This document shows, piece by piece, positions 10,101 through 20,694 of a DNA stretch of 64,000 nucleotides (the first letter of the stretch is position 1; every line of letters begins with the position of its first letter). This DNA comes from a virus: the IMG/VR virus record IMGVR_UViG_3300010354_000062, positions 1-64,000 of that record. One strand, 5' to 3'. The notes beneath the pieces are model-generated. The model was not told where the DNA came from, made no database searches, and saw only the letters and a program-made list of their open reading frames with translations. The translations under genes and the position numbers were made by a program.

Positions 10101-12641
10101 GAAGGTACCGGACAATATGGTTATGTACATGCTTACAATTCTATAACAAAAGTATTGACAGTATATAAAGAGAGTACTGGAACTATTGGTTGGGATCATA
10201 TTCTTCCAGGTACACCTATTGCTACTTTATTAACAGCTGGTACTAGATATCGTATTGAACCTAGAGTAACTTTTGCAGATCCCGGATTCACGGCGGAAAC
10301 CCTAACATTGCCAAGTACAGATACCTGGGGCGCAATCACATACGGTGAAACATCTCAAGTGTTTACAGCAGTAGAAGCAACATTAGGAACCGGAGAAACT
10401 ATAGACGTAACTCCAGTAGGTGCCGAATTTACTGTAGTTAAGACTGGCAGAAAATATACAGTCACTCTAACTGAAGGTGGAGCTGGGTATGCCGTAGATG
10501 ATATTTTAACTATTACTGGCAGTGATGTAGGCGGTATTGCCAACGAACATGATATCACTCTTAGAGTTTTAACTGTTTCAAATGATAGTACCAACTCTAT
10601 CTTAACGTTTGTAGTAGAGGATGCTACCTTAGTAGCAGACAGCGGTAAGTTTATTTTAACGCCAGCTAATGATGATTTAGGTTTTTATTCATCAGACGGT
10701 GAAAATTGGGTAGACTTTAACTTACCTTCGTCGGGTGCTTGGATTAATCTTGCAGCCGGAAACAATAGATTTGTAGCTATTAGAAACGGTTCAAATTTAG
10801 CCGCAGTCAGCACTAATGGCGTTGACTGGACAGAAACAATTATGCCAGCATCCAGAAGTTGGCGCGGCGTAACCTACGGTAAACCAAATGGAGTTGATGA
10901 CGGCATCTTTATTGCTGTTTCAAGCAATCTAAATAGTGCAGCATATAGTGAAGATGGTGTAACGTGGTCGTCTTCAACAATGCCAACGGTTGGTGATTCG
11001 TCGCTCAATGAATGGGTAGACATAACCTTTGGAGCTGATAAATTCTTAGCGATTGCCAATAGTGGTAACGTTGCTGCTGTTGGCACATGGAACGGAACTT
11101 CATTGACTTGGCAAGGAACCATATTAGACGTGATCGCAGATTCTTCTCAGAAGAATTGGGTCAGTGTTGCCTATGGTAATAGAAGATTTGTTGCTATGGC
11201 TAGTACAGGCGAAGTTGGTTATAGTTTCAACGGTACTGACTGGTATGCAGCTAGTATGCCTTCACAGGACGGATCAACACCACACGTATGGAAAAAGATT
11301 GCCTATGGTCAAGGTGTATTTTTTGCAGTTGGCGATACCGGCGGTGCTGTAGTTGGAAACGATCCAACATCTGCACCAAGTACATATGCTGCTACTAGCT
11401 ACGACGGAATAGTATGGACCGAACGGGCTCTTGATTCAGAGGAAGAATGGAAATATATAGCATTTGGTAATCCTGATGTAACTCTTAACGATAGTACCGT
11501 AAGTAATAGTAAACCAACATGGATCGCTGTGCCGGGCACAGCCACTGACACTATCAATAGAATTTACACAGGAGCAAGAGCTCTAGGAAGAGCTGTTGTA
11601 GGAGGTATTGGAATATCTTCAATTAAGATATGGGAACCAGGTAGCGGATATACATCTGATGCTACATTTACACTAACAAATCCTGGAGTAACTGCCGATC
11701 CTCAGTATAGAACAAGAATGGCAGACGGTGTGCTTGCACAGCCTAAGTTTTTAACAGGCGGTACAGCTTATAAAACAAGTACAACAAGTGTTACAGTCAG
11801 CGGCGACGGATTTGCAGACAAAACACCAAACGGTAAATTCTTAACACTTGATAATCTAGATGTCATGCCAGGCCCCGGAGCGCAATTTTATATTGGCGGA
11901 AGAACTGATTATTTTGTTGCTGTAGTAGTGGGAATAAATGAAGAAACATTACCAAGCGGCAAAATACGTTCAACCTTCCAAATAAGCCCTGCTGTTGATT
12001 TCTTAGATTATCTAGAGCATGATATGGAAGTGGTCATAAGAGAACGTTATAGCCAGGTTAGAATTACTGGCCATGACTTCTTAGACATTGGTACTGGAAA
12101 TGAAATTGAAACAAATTATCCAGAACTATATTCGGATTATGAATTTACAACAGAACCTTTCCAAGAAGTTTATAACATAAGTGGCGGTAGGGTATTCTAT
12201 ACTTCGACTGATCAAGACGGTAACTTTAGAGCAGGTGATCAATTTGCTGTTGAACAGGCAACGGGTATTATCACTATCAGTGCAGACTTCTTTGACTTGA
12301 GTGGTTTGACTGAGTTAAGATTAGCAGGTATCAACGTTGGTAGTACAGCGGTAATTAGAGAATTTAGTAAGGATCCGCTATTCTTACAAAATTCTAACAA
12401 TGTGATTCCTACACAACGAGCCATTGTTTCATATCTACAAAGTAGATTGAACGTAGGCGGGGAAGATTTGCTAACACCAAGTTTTATTGCTGGTACAGTA
12501 CTAGTTGGTCCAAATTTGATTAATAACACAGCTGGATTAACTATTGATGTTCCTGTAGTAGCTGACTTTAGTGGTACCGGTGCAAGTATAAGTGGTTCTT
12601 ATATTGCAACGATAATGATGTTAAGAGATTCAATGCAATAA
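7113..12641 (+). CDS. Giant virion structural/tail fibre protein (1842 aa)
   Basis: N-terminal tandem W..Y..GDVV.Y.G..Y.C...HT (CBM5/12-like) repeats, RCERD helical motif, beta-helix-like core, S.DG..W propeller-type repeats. Confidence 0.8.
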   Translation: MAEFKITRFRYTWKGDWTTTTAYNKDDVVYYSGSSYVCIRQHTSSSFNTEQSYLPPGETLVSPAWVKSVDGRQFNGEWSSSTQYFLGDLVLSGGNVYLCVGGHTSQNDFNDDIVYWEVYAVGSNWRNNWSQNSIYRVGDVVRYSGYTYQCILGHTAGTINEGIISGNNDDSTDSTFETWKVAVENLSYVGSYQTNIRYRENDLVKYGGSILKCIVEHTSSGTPGDLTSANFETYLSGFNYHSNWSSSEYYATGDVVQHGGVIYVAAENNTNIVPGPDQSGDQNTQWLVIQDGISFKGLYDSQSPGGYNRGDVVRKGGSLWVSLVNQSQQADSTLVSEDTSNWKYVLQTSNFAGTWHANEVYQLYEAVYYRGLLYYANTPHVSSLENFPGDNGNAFSYWSVLIDSGTTAALSNVGDLLTQNFYRETLQDGSTVLTLGDTSTIGPTAIPIGDADQLLMVSNDQGDIGYETYGTLQRVAWVRTDGVDEDTDPDRGFNYFKPWRTLRYALEQLDDGYSGYTSVKLGTGEYEEVLPLIVPKRTAIIGDELRSTTVKASHPISALANDAAYTLETLIHIGARLGNLLSNNFIVPTTGNTEDQYIGGPIDAPTIVAVNTLWADIINIIDYRVNGLGSEPSVTGSNTQTTDFNRLGARITLEENRLWIKAEAIAYMAVNNPEYTFDTARCERDLDRYIDALKYDLLYPGNYKSVLAGRYYANAVTGSQLEDMFYVRDTTGIRNMTLKGLNGTLPEIQEGEIYRIPTGGAFVSLDPGWGPNDERVWIINRSCYIQNVTTFGVGAIGQKIDGLLHNGGNRSIVSNDFTQVISDGIGAWVQNGGRAELVSVFTYYAHIGMFAKDGGIIRATNGNSSYGDFGAVADGIDPAETVRYGNVNTRSEQAVIASAFAGEILDFILALEYSNAGQNYTEASYTITSSGVGATSKQEEFRDNAMFTVQILSSGSGFTQYGNQAQTGNATQITLATAETATEANILGMRVIIISGEGTGQYGYVHAYNSITKVLTVYKESTGTIGWDHILPGTPIATLLTAGTRYRIEPRVTFADPGFTAETLTLPSTDTWGAITYGETSQVFTAVEATLGTGETIDVTPVGAEFTVVKTGRKYTVTLTEGGAGYAVDDILTITGSDVGGIANEHDITLRVLTVSNDSTNSILTFVVEDATLVADSGKFILTPANDDLGFYSSDGENWVDFNLPSSGAWINLAAGNNRFVAIRNGSNLAAVSTNGVDWTETIMPASRSWRGVTYGKPNGVDDGIFIAVSSNLNSAAYSEDGVTWSSSTMPTVGDSSLNEWVDITFGADKFLAIANSGNVAAVGTWNGTSLTWQGTILDVIADSSQKNWVSVAYGNRRFVAMASTGEVGYSFNGTDWYAASMPSQDGSTPHVWKKIAYGQGVFFAVGDTGGAVVGNDPTSAPSTYAATSYDGIVWTERALDSEEEWKYIAFGNPDVTLNDSTVSNSKPTWIAVPGTATDTINRIYTGARALGRAVVGGIGISSIKIWEPGSGYTSDATFTLTNPGVTADPQYRTRMADGVLAQPKFLTGGTAYKTSTTSVTVSGDGFADKTPNGKFLTLDNLDVMPGPGAQFYIGGRTDYFVAVVVGINEETLPSGKIRSTFQISPAVDFLDYLEHDMEVVIRERYSQVRITGHDFLDIGTGNEIETNYPELYSDYEFTTEPFQEVYNISGGRVFYTSTDQDGNFRAGDQFAVEQATGIITISADFFDLSGLTELRLAGINVGSTAVIREFSKDPLFLQNSNNVIPTQRAIVSYLQSRLNVGGEDLLTPSFIAGTVLVGPNLINNTAGLTIDVPVVADFSGTGASISGSYIATIMMLRDSMQ

Positions 12642-12644
12642 ATA
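12639..12644 (+). promoter_or_regulatory. Late promoter core TAAATA (leadered, SD ggag)
   Basis: Overlaps the stop codon of the upstream gene; 18 nt before ATG 12663. Confidence 0.6.
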
Positions 12645-12662
12645 ATACATTCGGAGTGCGAA

Positions 12663-15600
12663 ATGGCAGAATTTAAATTAGGTAGAATTAGGTTTGTTTG
12701 GAAAGACCAGTGGGTAACTGGTACAACCTACTATAAAGATGACGTAGTGCGATTTGGAGGTAAAGTATACCTTTGCCAAATTGGACATACTGCATCTGCA
12801 GATTTTAACACAGACCTTGATATTGTTCCATCAAAATGGAATTTAATGGCCGACGGACAACGTTGGAGAGATGACTGGACAACCGCCACTGTTTATCAAG
12901 AAGGTGATTTAGTCAAGTACGGCGGCTCCGTGTACGTTTGTATTGATGGACATACATCAGCTGCCACTGCTGCCCTAGGCTTAGAAGATAATTCCAGTGA
13001 TTGGAACACTTTCGTAGAAGGTTTTGATTGGAAAGGCGATTGGACGATCTCAACAAGATATAAAGCCAACGACCTTGTTAGATACGGCGGTATAAATTAT
13101 ATCTGTATTACAGCTCATACTTCTGCTGCTACTACTGCTTCTGGTCTAGAGTCAAACTCTGGTAATTGGGAAGTCTTTTCGCAAGGACAAGAATTTAAGG
13201 GGACCTGGGCTACCCTGACTCGTTACAAATTAAACGATGTCGTAAAATGGGGCGCAGGTCTTTGGATCTGCGTGACTCAACATACAGCAGGAGCTACTTT
13301 CCCCGGTGATAGTGCCTACTGGACACAGTTTGTTGAGGGTTTTGAATACGAAAACACATGGAGCTCAGGTACAGCATATCAACCAGGCGATGTTGTTAAG
13401 TACGGCGGTAATAATTACGTAGCAAAAACATTACACACAAATTCAACTCCTGTAACAGGTACGAGTGACTGGGATTTATTTTCTGAAGGCCTAGATTTTC
13501 AATCAGACTGGGTAAACACAACTTCATATAAAATAGGTGAAGTAGTAAAAGTAAACGGATATAATTATTTGGCAGTAGCCGATAGTCCGTCTTACAGTTA
13601 TAGTGTTACTGTTGCTACAGCAAGTAATGACAGATTTACCACAGCTAATACCGCTGGTATGGTAGCTGGTATGACTGTAAGATTTACGGGTACAACATTT
13701 GGAGGTGTGTTTACTTCCGGCAGATACTATGTTAAACAGGTAGTCAGCGGAACACAATTTACAATTAGCACAACCGTTGGCGGAACAGTTTTCAATATTG
13801 GATCTGATGACACAGGTACAATGACCGCAACTGTTAGTGCTGAACCTCCAAATACTTCTTATTGGTCTCCTATTACTTCTGGTGTGTACTGGAGAGGAAT
13901 ATGGACAGACGATACAGAATATAATTTAGGCGATGTTGTTAGATATAATTCAAATGCCTATATCTGTATGCTTGCACATAGATCAGAAGGTGACGACGGA
14001 TCTACACTAGGTACACAAGGTGGTGGTCAAGCAAATAGCAGACCAGATCTTGACATTTCTGGAACATATTGGAATGTATTAACCGTTGGATCTGAAACAT
14101 CAGTTCTAACAACTCTCGGTGATATGGTGTATTATGGCGGAGCAGGTCCTACTAGATTGCCAGTTGGAACAGAAGGACAGGTGTTGCGTGTGAGCAGTAC
14201 TGGTATTCCAGAATGGCGTACACTTGGATTGGTCAATCATGTTTATTATGTTTCCCCACAAGGAGAAGATCGACCATTCCCTGCTTGCGGAGCAACATTT
14301 GACAAACCGTGGCAGACTATTAGGTATGCCTGCGAACAGGTAAACAAAGGCCCTCGTAATCCAAACGCTCAGTACTTGCTGGAACTAAATCGTGCATTTA
14401 TTCAGAAAGAAATTACAGCATGGATTAGATATCAAATCACAAATAATATTGCACCGTTTACATCTTCATTTGATTATGATGAATATAAATGCGAACGAGA
14501 TGTTGGATTTATTGTTGATAGATTAATTTGGGATATTGGCCATGGCGGCAATTTAAAAATGCGTGCCGCAGCATTTAGTCTGTTAGGTGCGTTTGGTGAA
14601 GCTGGCGAATTTAGTGCTGCCGAAGAGGTAGAAACTTATGTGACCCTTGCTGCTGAAGCAGATGAAGGTGTAGCTGCCTACGAGTATATGAAAGAAGTTG
14701 TAGCAGCAGTCCTAGGTAATACAGCACCAGGTACAGTTTATCAAAATGTTGGACAAGATTCAACAGCAGTGGTAGCACAGTATATTAACACTGATTTGAC
14801 AGCAGAATCAGGTATCACTACTACTACAGATGAACTATTGGATATTGTAATTACAGCATTGACTGATCTTGATACTGATAATTTGCCAGCAAGAATTACA
14901 CCTAATAGTACAATTTTTGTAAAGACAGGCGAATATCGTGAAACACTTCCTATTATTGTGCCTGCTGAAACTGCGCTAGTAGGAGATGAAGTACGTTCAA
15001 CTAATGCTGGACCAGCAGGTAGTTTAATCAGTAGAGATGATGCCTATTATAGTATCACGGCTCTCGATAGAATGGAAACTGTTGTTGGACAGGTTATTCT
15101 TGGCACAAACGTAACTGAGTCAACAGGTAACACAGAAACACAAGACATAGCATTCCCATATGCAAGTAGCGTTGAAGAAACTTCAATCAAACAACTTGTG
15201 AGAATGATTGGACACCAAATTGATTTTAGAATCGGTACTAACCATAAAGCAACATTTACTCTACCTACTGGATATAACACATCTTTCCTATCAGGATACG
15301 GTGATGCAAGAACTTTATTAATTGAAAACAAAGAATTTATCAAAACTGAAGTTGGTGCATATATTGACGAAAACTATCCAGATGTTTATTACAGTAGAAC
15401 AAAATGTAAGAGAGATGTTGGATTTATTGTTGATGCAGTATGCTATGATTTGTTATATGGCGGAAAACGAGAAACATTAGTTGCTGCTCTAGCTTATTTT
15501 GACGGCGACAATAGTGCAACATTGATGATTGACAACACAGAGGTTGCCGCTACCGCTGCTGCATTCAGCAGAATGAAAACAGTGATGCAACAGATTGTTG

Positions 15601-18600
15601 CCAATACTACTGTGACAAAGTCTACAGGAAATACAGCCACTCAATGGACAGATTCAACTAATTTGCCTGGCGGCTCAGCTGCTGTAGTAGACATTGGTAC
15701 GTTACTAGACATAGTAATTAACACAGTTCAAGGTGATTCAACTGAGGGTAATACACCGCAGATCAATATTACACAAATTGCCACCAACAACACATTTACT
15801 TCGGCCAATCATGGACTAGCAGTAGGTGATGCTGTAGTGCCTAGAATTACAGCTAACGGATTAGTGAACGGTACAAAATACTGGGTAGTTGGTACTGTAA
15901 ACACAAACACATTCCAATTAGCAGCAACATATGGCGGTACTACTCTAGCTTCGTTTACTAACGGATCAGGGCTAGACATTGATGCTGAAATAATTGATTA
16001 TCCTACTGCAACCAACGGAGTAACATCTACAACTGCACTTATTGCAGCCGCAGTAACCTTAGATGCCGCGCAGGAAACCATTGTTACAAATACAACAGCG
16101 TTCATTGCTGCAAATTATCCAGCATTAACTTACAATTCTGCTAAGTGTGAAAGAGATGTGCGTTTGATTCTTGAAGCAGTAATGTTTGACTTTATGTTTA
16201 ACAGTAATGCTCAAACACGTACAGCAGCATATTCATATCTGCGTTCAAGTGCCAGCGATGTATTTTCACTAAGTCAAAAAACAGCTACTCGTGCAGCGTT
16301 TAGCTATGCAAAGACACAGGCTAAGAGCAACGTAGGTGGTGATGCTACAGCACAGGCTAGAATTGAAACTCTAATGACCACACTCGATGACATCGTATTT
16401 GGTGCTACCAACGATGGATCAGTATGTCAAACAAATATTAGATCAGCAGACTGGGCTAGACTGCAACTTGAGCGTAATAGAGCTTATATTGTAGCAGAAC
16501 TAACTGCTTATATTTCAAGTGCATTTAGTACAACTGTAACTGCAACCACAGCAGCTACCGATGTACTAACTTGTACAAGCACTAGTTGGATGAAACGAAA
16601 TGCCGCTGTAAGATTCACAGGAACTTTGTTTGGCGGTATTTTGCCAGACACAACTTATTACATCCAAAATGTTGTCAGTGCAACTACATTTAAGGTAGCA
16701 TTAACTAGAAATAGTAATACCGCATTGGATTTAGGATCAAATGCATCTGGATCAATGACCGTAAGTCTCTACTACACAAGTAGTGAGTGCGAACGCGATA
16801 CAAACAAATATATTGATGCTCTAAAATTTGATCTACAATACACTGGAAACTATGAATCACGTCTAGCAGCAAGGTACTATGCCAACGGTGTGGTAGGTAG
16901 TTTAGAAGAAGATATGTTCTATCTACGCAACGGCACCGGTGTTCGTAATATGACACTAGAAGGTTTGACTGGTGATCTGTTAGCGGAAAATGCCTACGGT
17001 ACACGCAGAGTAAGCGCAGGAGCTTACTGTTCTTTAGATCCAGGATGGGGTCCAGACGATTTTCGTGCTTGGATTATTCGCAGATCTCCATACGTACAGA
17101 ACGTGGCAACTTTTGGTTATGCAGCTATTGGACAAAAAATTGACGGAGCTCTGCATAACGGTGGCAACGATTCTATCGTATCAAACGACTTTACACAGAT
17201 TATTTCGGACGGAATTGGTGCTTGGGTAACCAATAATGCTCGCGCAGAATTAGTATCTGTGTTCTCGTATTATGCACATATTGGATACCTAGCAGAAAAT
17301 GGCGGACGTATTCGTGGCACCAACGGCAATAATTCATATGGTGATTTTGGTTCTGTTGCAGAAGGTTTCGACGCTACTGAAACACCAATTACCTGTTTAG
17401 TAGACAACAGAGCTTTTGCTGCCACGGTTGGATCAACACTAACAGATAATGTTGATGTTATATGGCAGTTTGAATACGATAACGCAGGTAATGATTATAC
17501 TGAACTTGTATGGTCCGTATCCGGCGGCGGCGCCGGTGCTGAAGTTGAACAAGACGACTTTAGAGATGGTGCTGTATTCCAAGTTCGTTTATTAGACACA
17601 GTCGACGACAGCGTTACAGCACCGGAAGTTGACGGAAACCTAGGCGGATTTGGCTATGTATCAAACGCCAGTACAGCACAGGCAGGTACAACCACACAAA
17701 TTACATTAGCTGCTGTGGACGATGAAATTTCAGCAGCTTATGTAGGAATGAAAGTTATTCTTACTGGCGGCACCGGAGCTGGACAATTTGGTATTATTGC
17801 CACATACAACGCAGGCACAAAAATTGCCACAGTGACAAAAGAAAGCACAGGCGGTGCTGGTTGGGACCACGTAGTACCAGGCACAGCTATTGTAGCACCC
17901 GATGCTGCCACAACATATATTGTTGAACCAAGAGTTACATTTACAGCACCAACATATAGTTCTGCAAATAGTACACTAGCATCGGCTCAAGTTTATACAG
18001 ATGCATCTTTTGCACCAATATTTGGAGTTTATAACAGCGGATCAACAACAACTAGCGGTTCTGGTACTGGTGCTACATTTAAAATAGCTAAAAAAGGCAC
18101 AAAATATATCAGTGTTGATACTGTAACTGCTGGTACAGGGTATGAAAGATTAGACACTATAACTATTTTAGGTAGTAATTTAGGCGGCGCAAGCCCTGCA
18201 AACAATATAACAGTTACAATAACCTCAGTAAACTCTACAACCGGTGCTATAAATGCTTTTGAATTTACTGGTTTAGGTTTTGGAGGTAACTGGGTAGCAG
18301 TTGCTAGTGGTTCAAGAGATGTCAACACCAATGATGGTTCTACTTGGAGCACCTATGCTACAGCTTTACCAAGTACTTCTAACTGGACAAGTTTAGCAGC
18401 AGGAGAATTGACCGTTGTTGAGTCTGCTGGTTCGTTTGTTGCAGGTAGAGCATACCGTATTACTTCTTTAGGTAACACATTATTCACCAGTATCGGTGCA
18501 GAAGCAAACTTAGTTGGTAAGTATTTCGTAGCATCTGGAGTAGGTTCGGGCAGCGGCACAGCAACTCCGGTGGCAAACCATATAGTTTGTGTGTCTTCAA

Positions 18601-20336
18601 GTACAAACGTAAACTCATATTCTGCTAACGGTGGCACAACTTGGGTTTCAGGAGGAGCATTACCAGGTGGTATAAGCGGTACAGCAGTTGGTGTAGCCTA
18701 CGGACGCACTAGTACAGGCACAAGCCGTTGGATCGCCATAGGTTCAACAGGAGCTACTGCATATTCAGATAATGGTGGTGTATCTTGGAACGCTGGCGGA
18801 AGTTTAGGAGCCGGTACATGGTCAGCAGTAGCCTACGGACAGGGTGTTTGGATTGCTATTGTCACAGGAGGTACCACTACCAAGTATTCTACAGATGGTA
18901 TTACATGGACCACTGGTGGTGCATTACCTGCAAGTTCAGCATGGGTAAGTATAGCCTATGGTGCTAACAAATTTGTTGTCATAAGCTCAGCAGGTTCTGT
19001 AAATCCAGCATACTCTGTTGATCAAGGTGTAACTTGGGATAATGCAGGCGCATCAGGATATATTGGTTCAGGAACATCTACTTCTGTACACTATGGACAA
19101 GGTGTGTTTGTTGTGACACAATCAAGTAGTAACAACATGAGCACTTCAACAGACGGTCTTGTATGGACAACTAGAGCCATAACAAGAGCTAGTGGCACAG
19201 GTGCTCTAGCAGCTATTAACGGTAGTCCTGCGCAGTCTGGTATGTGGATGATTATTCCAAGTGCAAGCACTACCGCAGCAAGTAGTGCGGTTATTGGAGC
19301 TACAGCCAAAGGAAGAGCATATGTATCTGATAACAAGATATTTGCAATCAGAATTACTGATCCAGGATCAACTTATTCTGTAGCACCAACTATTACTATT
19401 ACAGATCCAAGCAATTTGTATGAAGCTCCTACTTCAGTAAGAATTGGCAACGGTGTATGCGCCCAACCAAGCTTCATTGACAGGGGCGCTGGTTATGATT
19501 CAGCAGGAGCAACACAGGATACTGGAAATGGTTATGCCGACGAGTTCCAAAATGGCAAGTTTGTTGGCGTTAAACGTCTAACAGGTACACTAAGCGCAGG
19601 AGCAAACGTTGTGTTTGCCACACAACCTGACACAGTTTACAAACTTGTACAGGTAGTGTCTGAAACCGGCACATTTGATGGTGCTAGAAGTGCATTCTTG
19701 CAATTAAGCCCAAATATGAGCGTATTTAACAGTCCTGCAGACGGTACTAGCATAACCACAAGAATTCGTTACAGTCAGGTACGTCTAACAGGTCACGACT
19801 TCTTAGATATTGGAACAGGTAATTTTGTAGAAACTAATTATCCAGGAACACCAACACAAGTTCCAATCCCTGCAAATGAAACTGTAGACAACAACGGTGG
19901 ACGTTGTTTCTATACTTCAACTGATCAGGACGGAAACTTTAGAGTTGGTGCTTTGTTTGCTATTGAACAAAGTACAGGTATTGCAACATTGAATGCTGAT
20001 GCATTTAATATTGCTGGTTTGGCCGAACTTTCACTAGGTAACATTACACTTGGTGGAAATTCAGCAACAATTACTGAATTCTCAACTGATCCGTTCTTAA
20101 CTGCAAATTCGGATAATGTGGTACCAACACAGAAAGCGATTAAGGCTTACATTGCTGCACAGATCGGTGGCGGTGGTGCTAGCTTGAACGTTAACAGTAT
20201 TGTGGCAGGTTTTGTGGACATATCAGGTTCGCAGATTTCTACAACTACTGGTGGTACTATTCAGATGAAAGCGAACTTTAATTTCCAAGCAGGAGTCAAG
20301 GGATATCCGTTGGCCTGGAATTACTTTTTACTATAA
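12663..20336 (+). CDS. Giant virion structural/tail fibre protein (2557 aa), paralogue of 7113..12641
   Basis: Same architecture; shared blocks SLDPGWGP, GQKIDG.LHNGGN.SIVSNDFTQ, YSQVR.TGHDFLDIGTG, FYTSTDQDGNFR; four CERD/CKRD repeats. Confidence 0.8.
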   Translation: MAEFKLGRIRFVWKDQWVTGTTYYKDDVVRFGGKVYLCQIGHTASADFNTDLDIVPSKWNLMADGQRWRDDWTTATVYQEGDLVKYGGSVYVCIDGHTSAATAALGLEDNSSDWNTFVEGFDWKGDWTISTRYKANDLVRYGGINYICITAHTSAATTASGLESNSGNWEVFSQGQEFKGTWATLTRYKLNDVVKWGAGLWICVTQHTAGATFPGDSAYWTQFVEGFEYENTWSSGTAYQPGDVVKYGGNNYVAKTLHTNSTPVTGTSDWDLFSEGLDFQSDWVNTTSYKIGEVVKVNGYNYLAVADSPSYSYSVTVATASNDRFTTANTAGMVAGMTVRFTGTTFGGVFTSGRYYVKQVVSGTQFTISTTVGGTVFNIGSDDTGTMTATVSAEPPNTSYWSPITSGVYWRGIWTDDTEYNLGDVVRYNSNAYICMLAHRSEGDDGSTLGTQGGGQANSRPDLDISGTYWNVLTVGSETSVLTTLGDMVYYGGAGPTRLPVGTEGQVLRVSSTGIPEWRTLGLVNHVYYVSPQGEDRPFPACGATFDKPWQTIRYACEQVNKGPRNPNAQYLLELNRAFIQKEITAWIRYQITNNIAPFTSSFDYDEYKCERDVGFIVDRLIWDIGHGGNLKMRAAAFSLLGAFGEAGEFSAAEEVETYVTLAAEADEGVAAYEYMKEVVAAVLGNTAPGTVYQNVGQDSTAVVAQYINTDLTAESGITTTTDELLDIVITALTDLDTDNLPARITPNSTIFVKTGEYRETLPIIVPAETALVGDEVRSTNAGPAGSLISRDDAYYSITALDRMETVVGQVILGTNVTESTGNTETQDIAFPYASSVEETSIKQLVRMIGHQIDFRIGTNHKATFTLPTGYNTSFLSGYGDARTLLIENKEFIKTEVGAYIDENYPDVYYSRTKCKRDVGFIVDAVCYDLLYGGKRETLVAALAYFDGDNSATLMIDNTEVAATAAAFSRMKTVMQQIVANTTVTKSTGNTATQWTDSTNLPGGSAAVVDIGTLLDIVINTVQGDSTEGNTPQINITQIATNNTFTSANHGLAVGDAVVPRITANGLVNGTKYWVVGTVNTNTFQLAATYGGTTLASFTNGSGLDIDAEIIDYPTATNGVTSTTALIAAAVTLDAAQETIVTNTTAFIAANYPALTYNSAKCERDVRLILEAVMFDFMFNSNAQTRTAAYSYLRSSASDVFSLSQKTATRAAFSYAKTQAKSNVGGDATAQARIETLMTTLDDIVFGATNDGSVCQTNIRSADWARLQLERNRAYIVAELTAYISSAFSTTVTATTAATDVLTCTSTSWMKRNAAVRFTGTLFGGILPDTTYYIQNVVSATTFKVALTRNSNTALDLGSNASGSMTVSLYYTSSECERDTNKYIDALKFDLQYTGNYESRLAARYYANGVVGSLEEDMFYLRNGTGVRNMTLEGLTGDLLAENAYGTRRVSAGAYCSLDPGWGPDDFRAWIIRRSPYVQNVATFGYAAIGQKIDGALHNGGNDSIVSNDFTQIISDGIGAWVTNNARAELVSVFSYYAHIGYLAENGGRIRGTNGNNSYGDFGSVAEGFDATETPITCLVDNRAFAATVGSTLTDNVDVIWQFEYDNAGNDYTELVWSVSGGGAGAEVEQDDFRDGAVFQVRLLDTVDDSVTAPEVDGNLGGFGYVSNASTAQAGTTTQITLAAVDDEISAAYVGMKVILTGGTGAGQFGIIATYNAGTKIATVTKESTGGAGWDHVVPGTAIVAPDAATTYIVEPRVTFTAPTYSSANSTLASAQVYTDASFAPIFGVYNSGSTTTSGSGTGATFKIAKKGTKYISVDTVTAGTGYERLDTITILGSNLGGASPANNITVTITSVNSTTGAINAFEFTGLGFGGNWVAVASGSRDVNTNDGSTWSTYATALPSTSNWTSLAAGELTVVESAGSFVAGRAYRITSLGNTLFTSIGAEANLVGKYFVASGVGSGSGTATPVANHIVCVSSSTNVNSYSANGGTTWVSGGALPGGISGTAVGVAYGRTSTGTSRWIAIGSTGATAYSDNGGVSWNAGGSLGAGTWSAVAYGQGVWIAIVTGGTTTKYSTDGITWTTGGALPASSAWVSIAYGANKFVVISSAGSVNPAYSVDQGVTWDNAGASGYIGSGTSTSVHYGQGVFVVTQSSSNNMSTSTDGLVWTTRAITRASGTGALAAINGSPAQSGMWMIIPSASTTAASSAVIGATAKGRAYVSDNKIFAIRITDPGSTYSVAPTITITDPSNLYEAPTSVRIGNGVCAQPSFIDRGAGYDSAGATQDTGNGYADEFQNGKFVGVKRLTGTLSAGANVVFATQPDTVYKLVQVVSETGTFDGARSAFLQLSPNMSVFNSPADGTSITTRIRYSQVRLTGHDFLDIGTGNFVETNYPGTPTQVPIPANETVDNNGGRCFYTSTDQDGNFRVGALFAIEQSTGIATLNADAFNIAGLAELSLGNITLGGNSATITEFSTDPFLTANSDNVVPTQKAIKAYIAAQIGGGGASLNVNSIVAGFVDISGSQISTTTGGTIQMKANFNFQAGVKGYPLAWNYFLL

Positions 20337-20338
20337 CA

Positions 20339-20344
20339 TAAATA
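20339..20344 (+). promoter_or_regulatory. Late promoter core TAAATA (leadered, SD ggag)
   Basis: cataaatacattggagacataaattatg. Confidence 0.6.
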
Positions 20345-20361
20345 CATTGGAGACATAAATT

Positions 20362-20682
20362 ATGGCAACAGGAAGATTAGGCGTAGCGGATCTATCAGCA
20401 GCAACGGATACAACATTGTATACATGCCCTGCTAGTACATTCGCTGTAGTTACAGTGAGCATGTGCAACAGAGGCTCTACCTCAGCAACATTTAGACTAG
20501 CATTAGCTTCGTCTGGTACACCTGCTAATACAGAATATTTAGAGTTTGACGTGACAGTTAATCCTAAAAGTGTGTTAGAACGAACAGGTATTGTAATGGA
20601 CGCAGGCAAATTGATAGTTGTAAGATCAAGTGCAGCAAGTGTTTCGGCAGTTTGTTACGGTATTGAAACATCTACGGCTTGA
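20362..20682 (+). CDS. Small virion beta-sandwich protein (paralogue family A)
   Basis: LYTCP...SMCNR...LERTGIVM pattern. Confidence 0.65.
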   Translation: MATGRLGVADLSAATDTTLYTCPASTFAVVTVSMCNRGSTSATFRLALASSGTPANTEYLEFDVTVNPKSVLERTGIVMDAGKLIVVRSSAASVSAVCYGIETSTA

Positions 20683-20694
20683 TAGGAGCAAATA

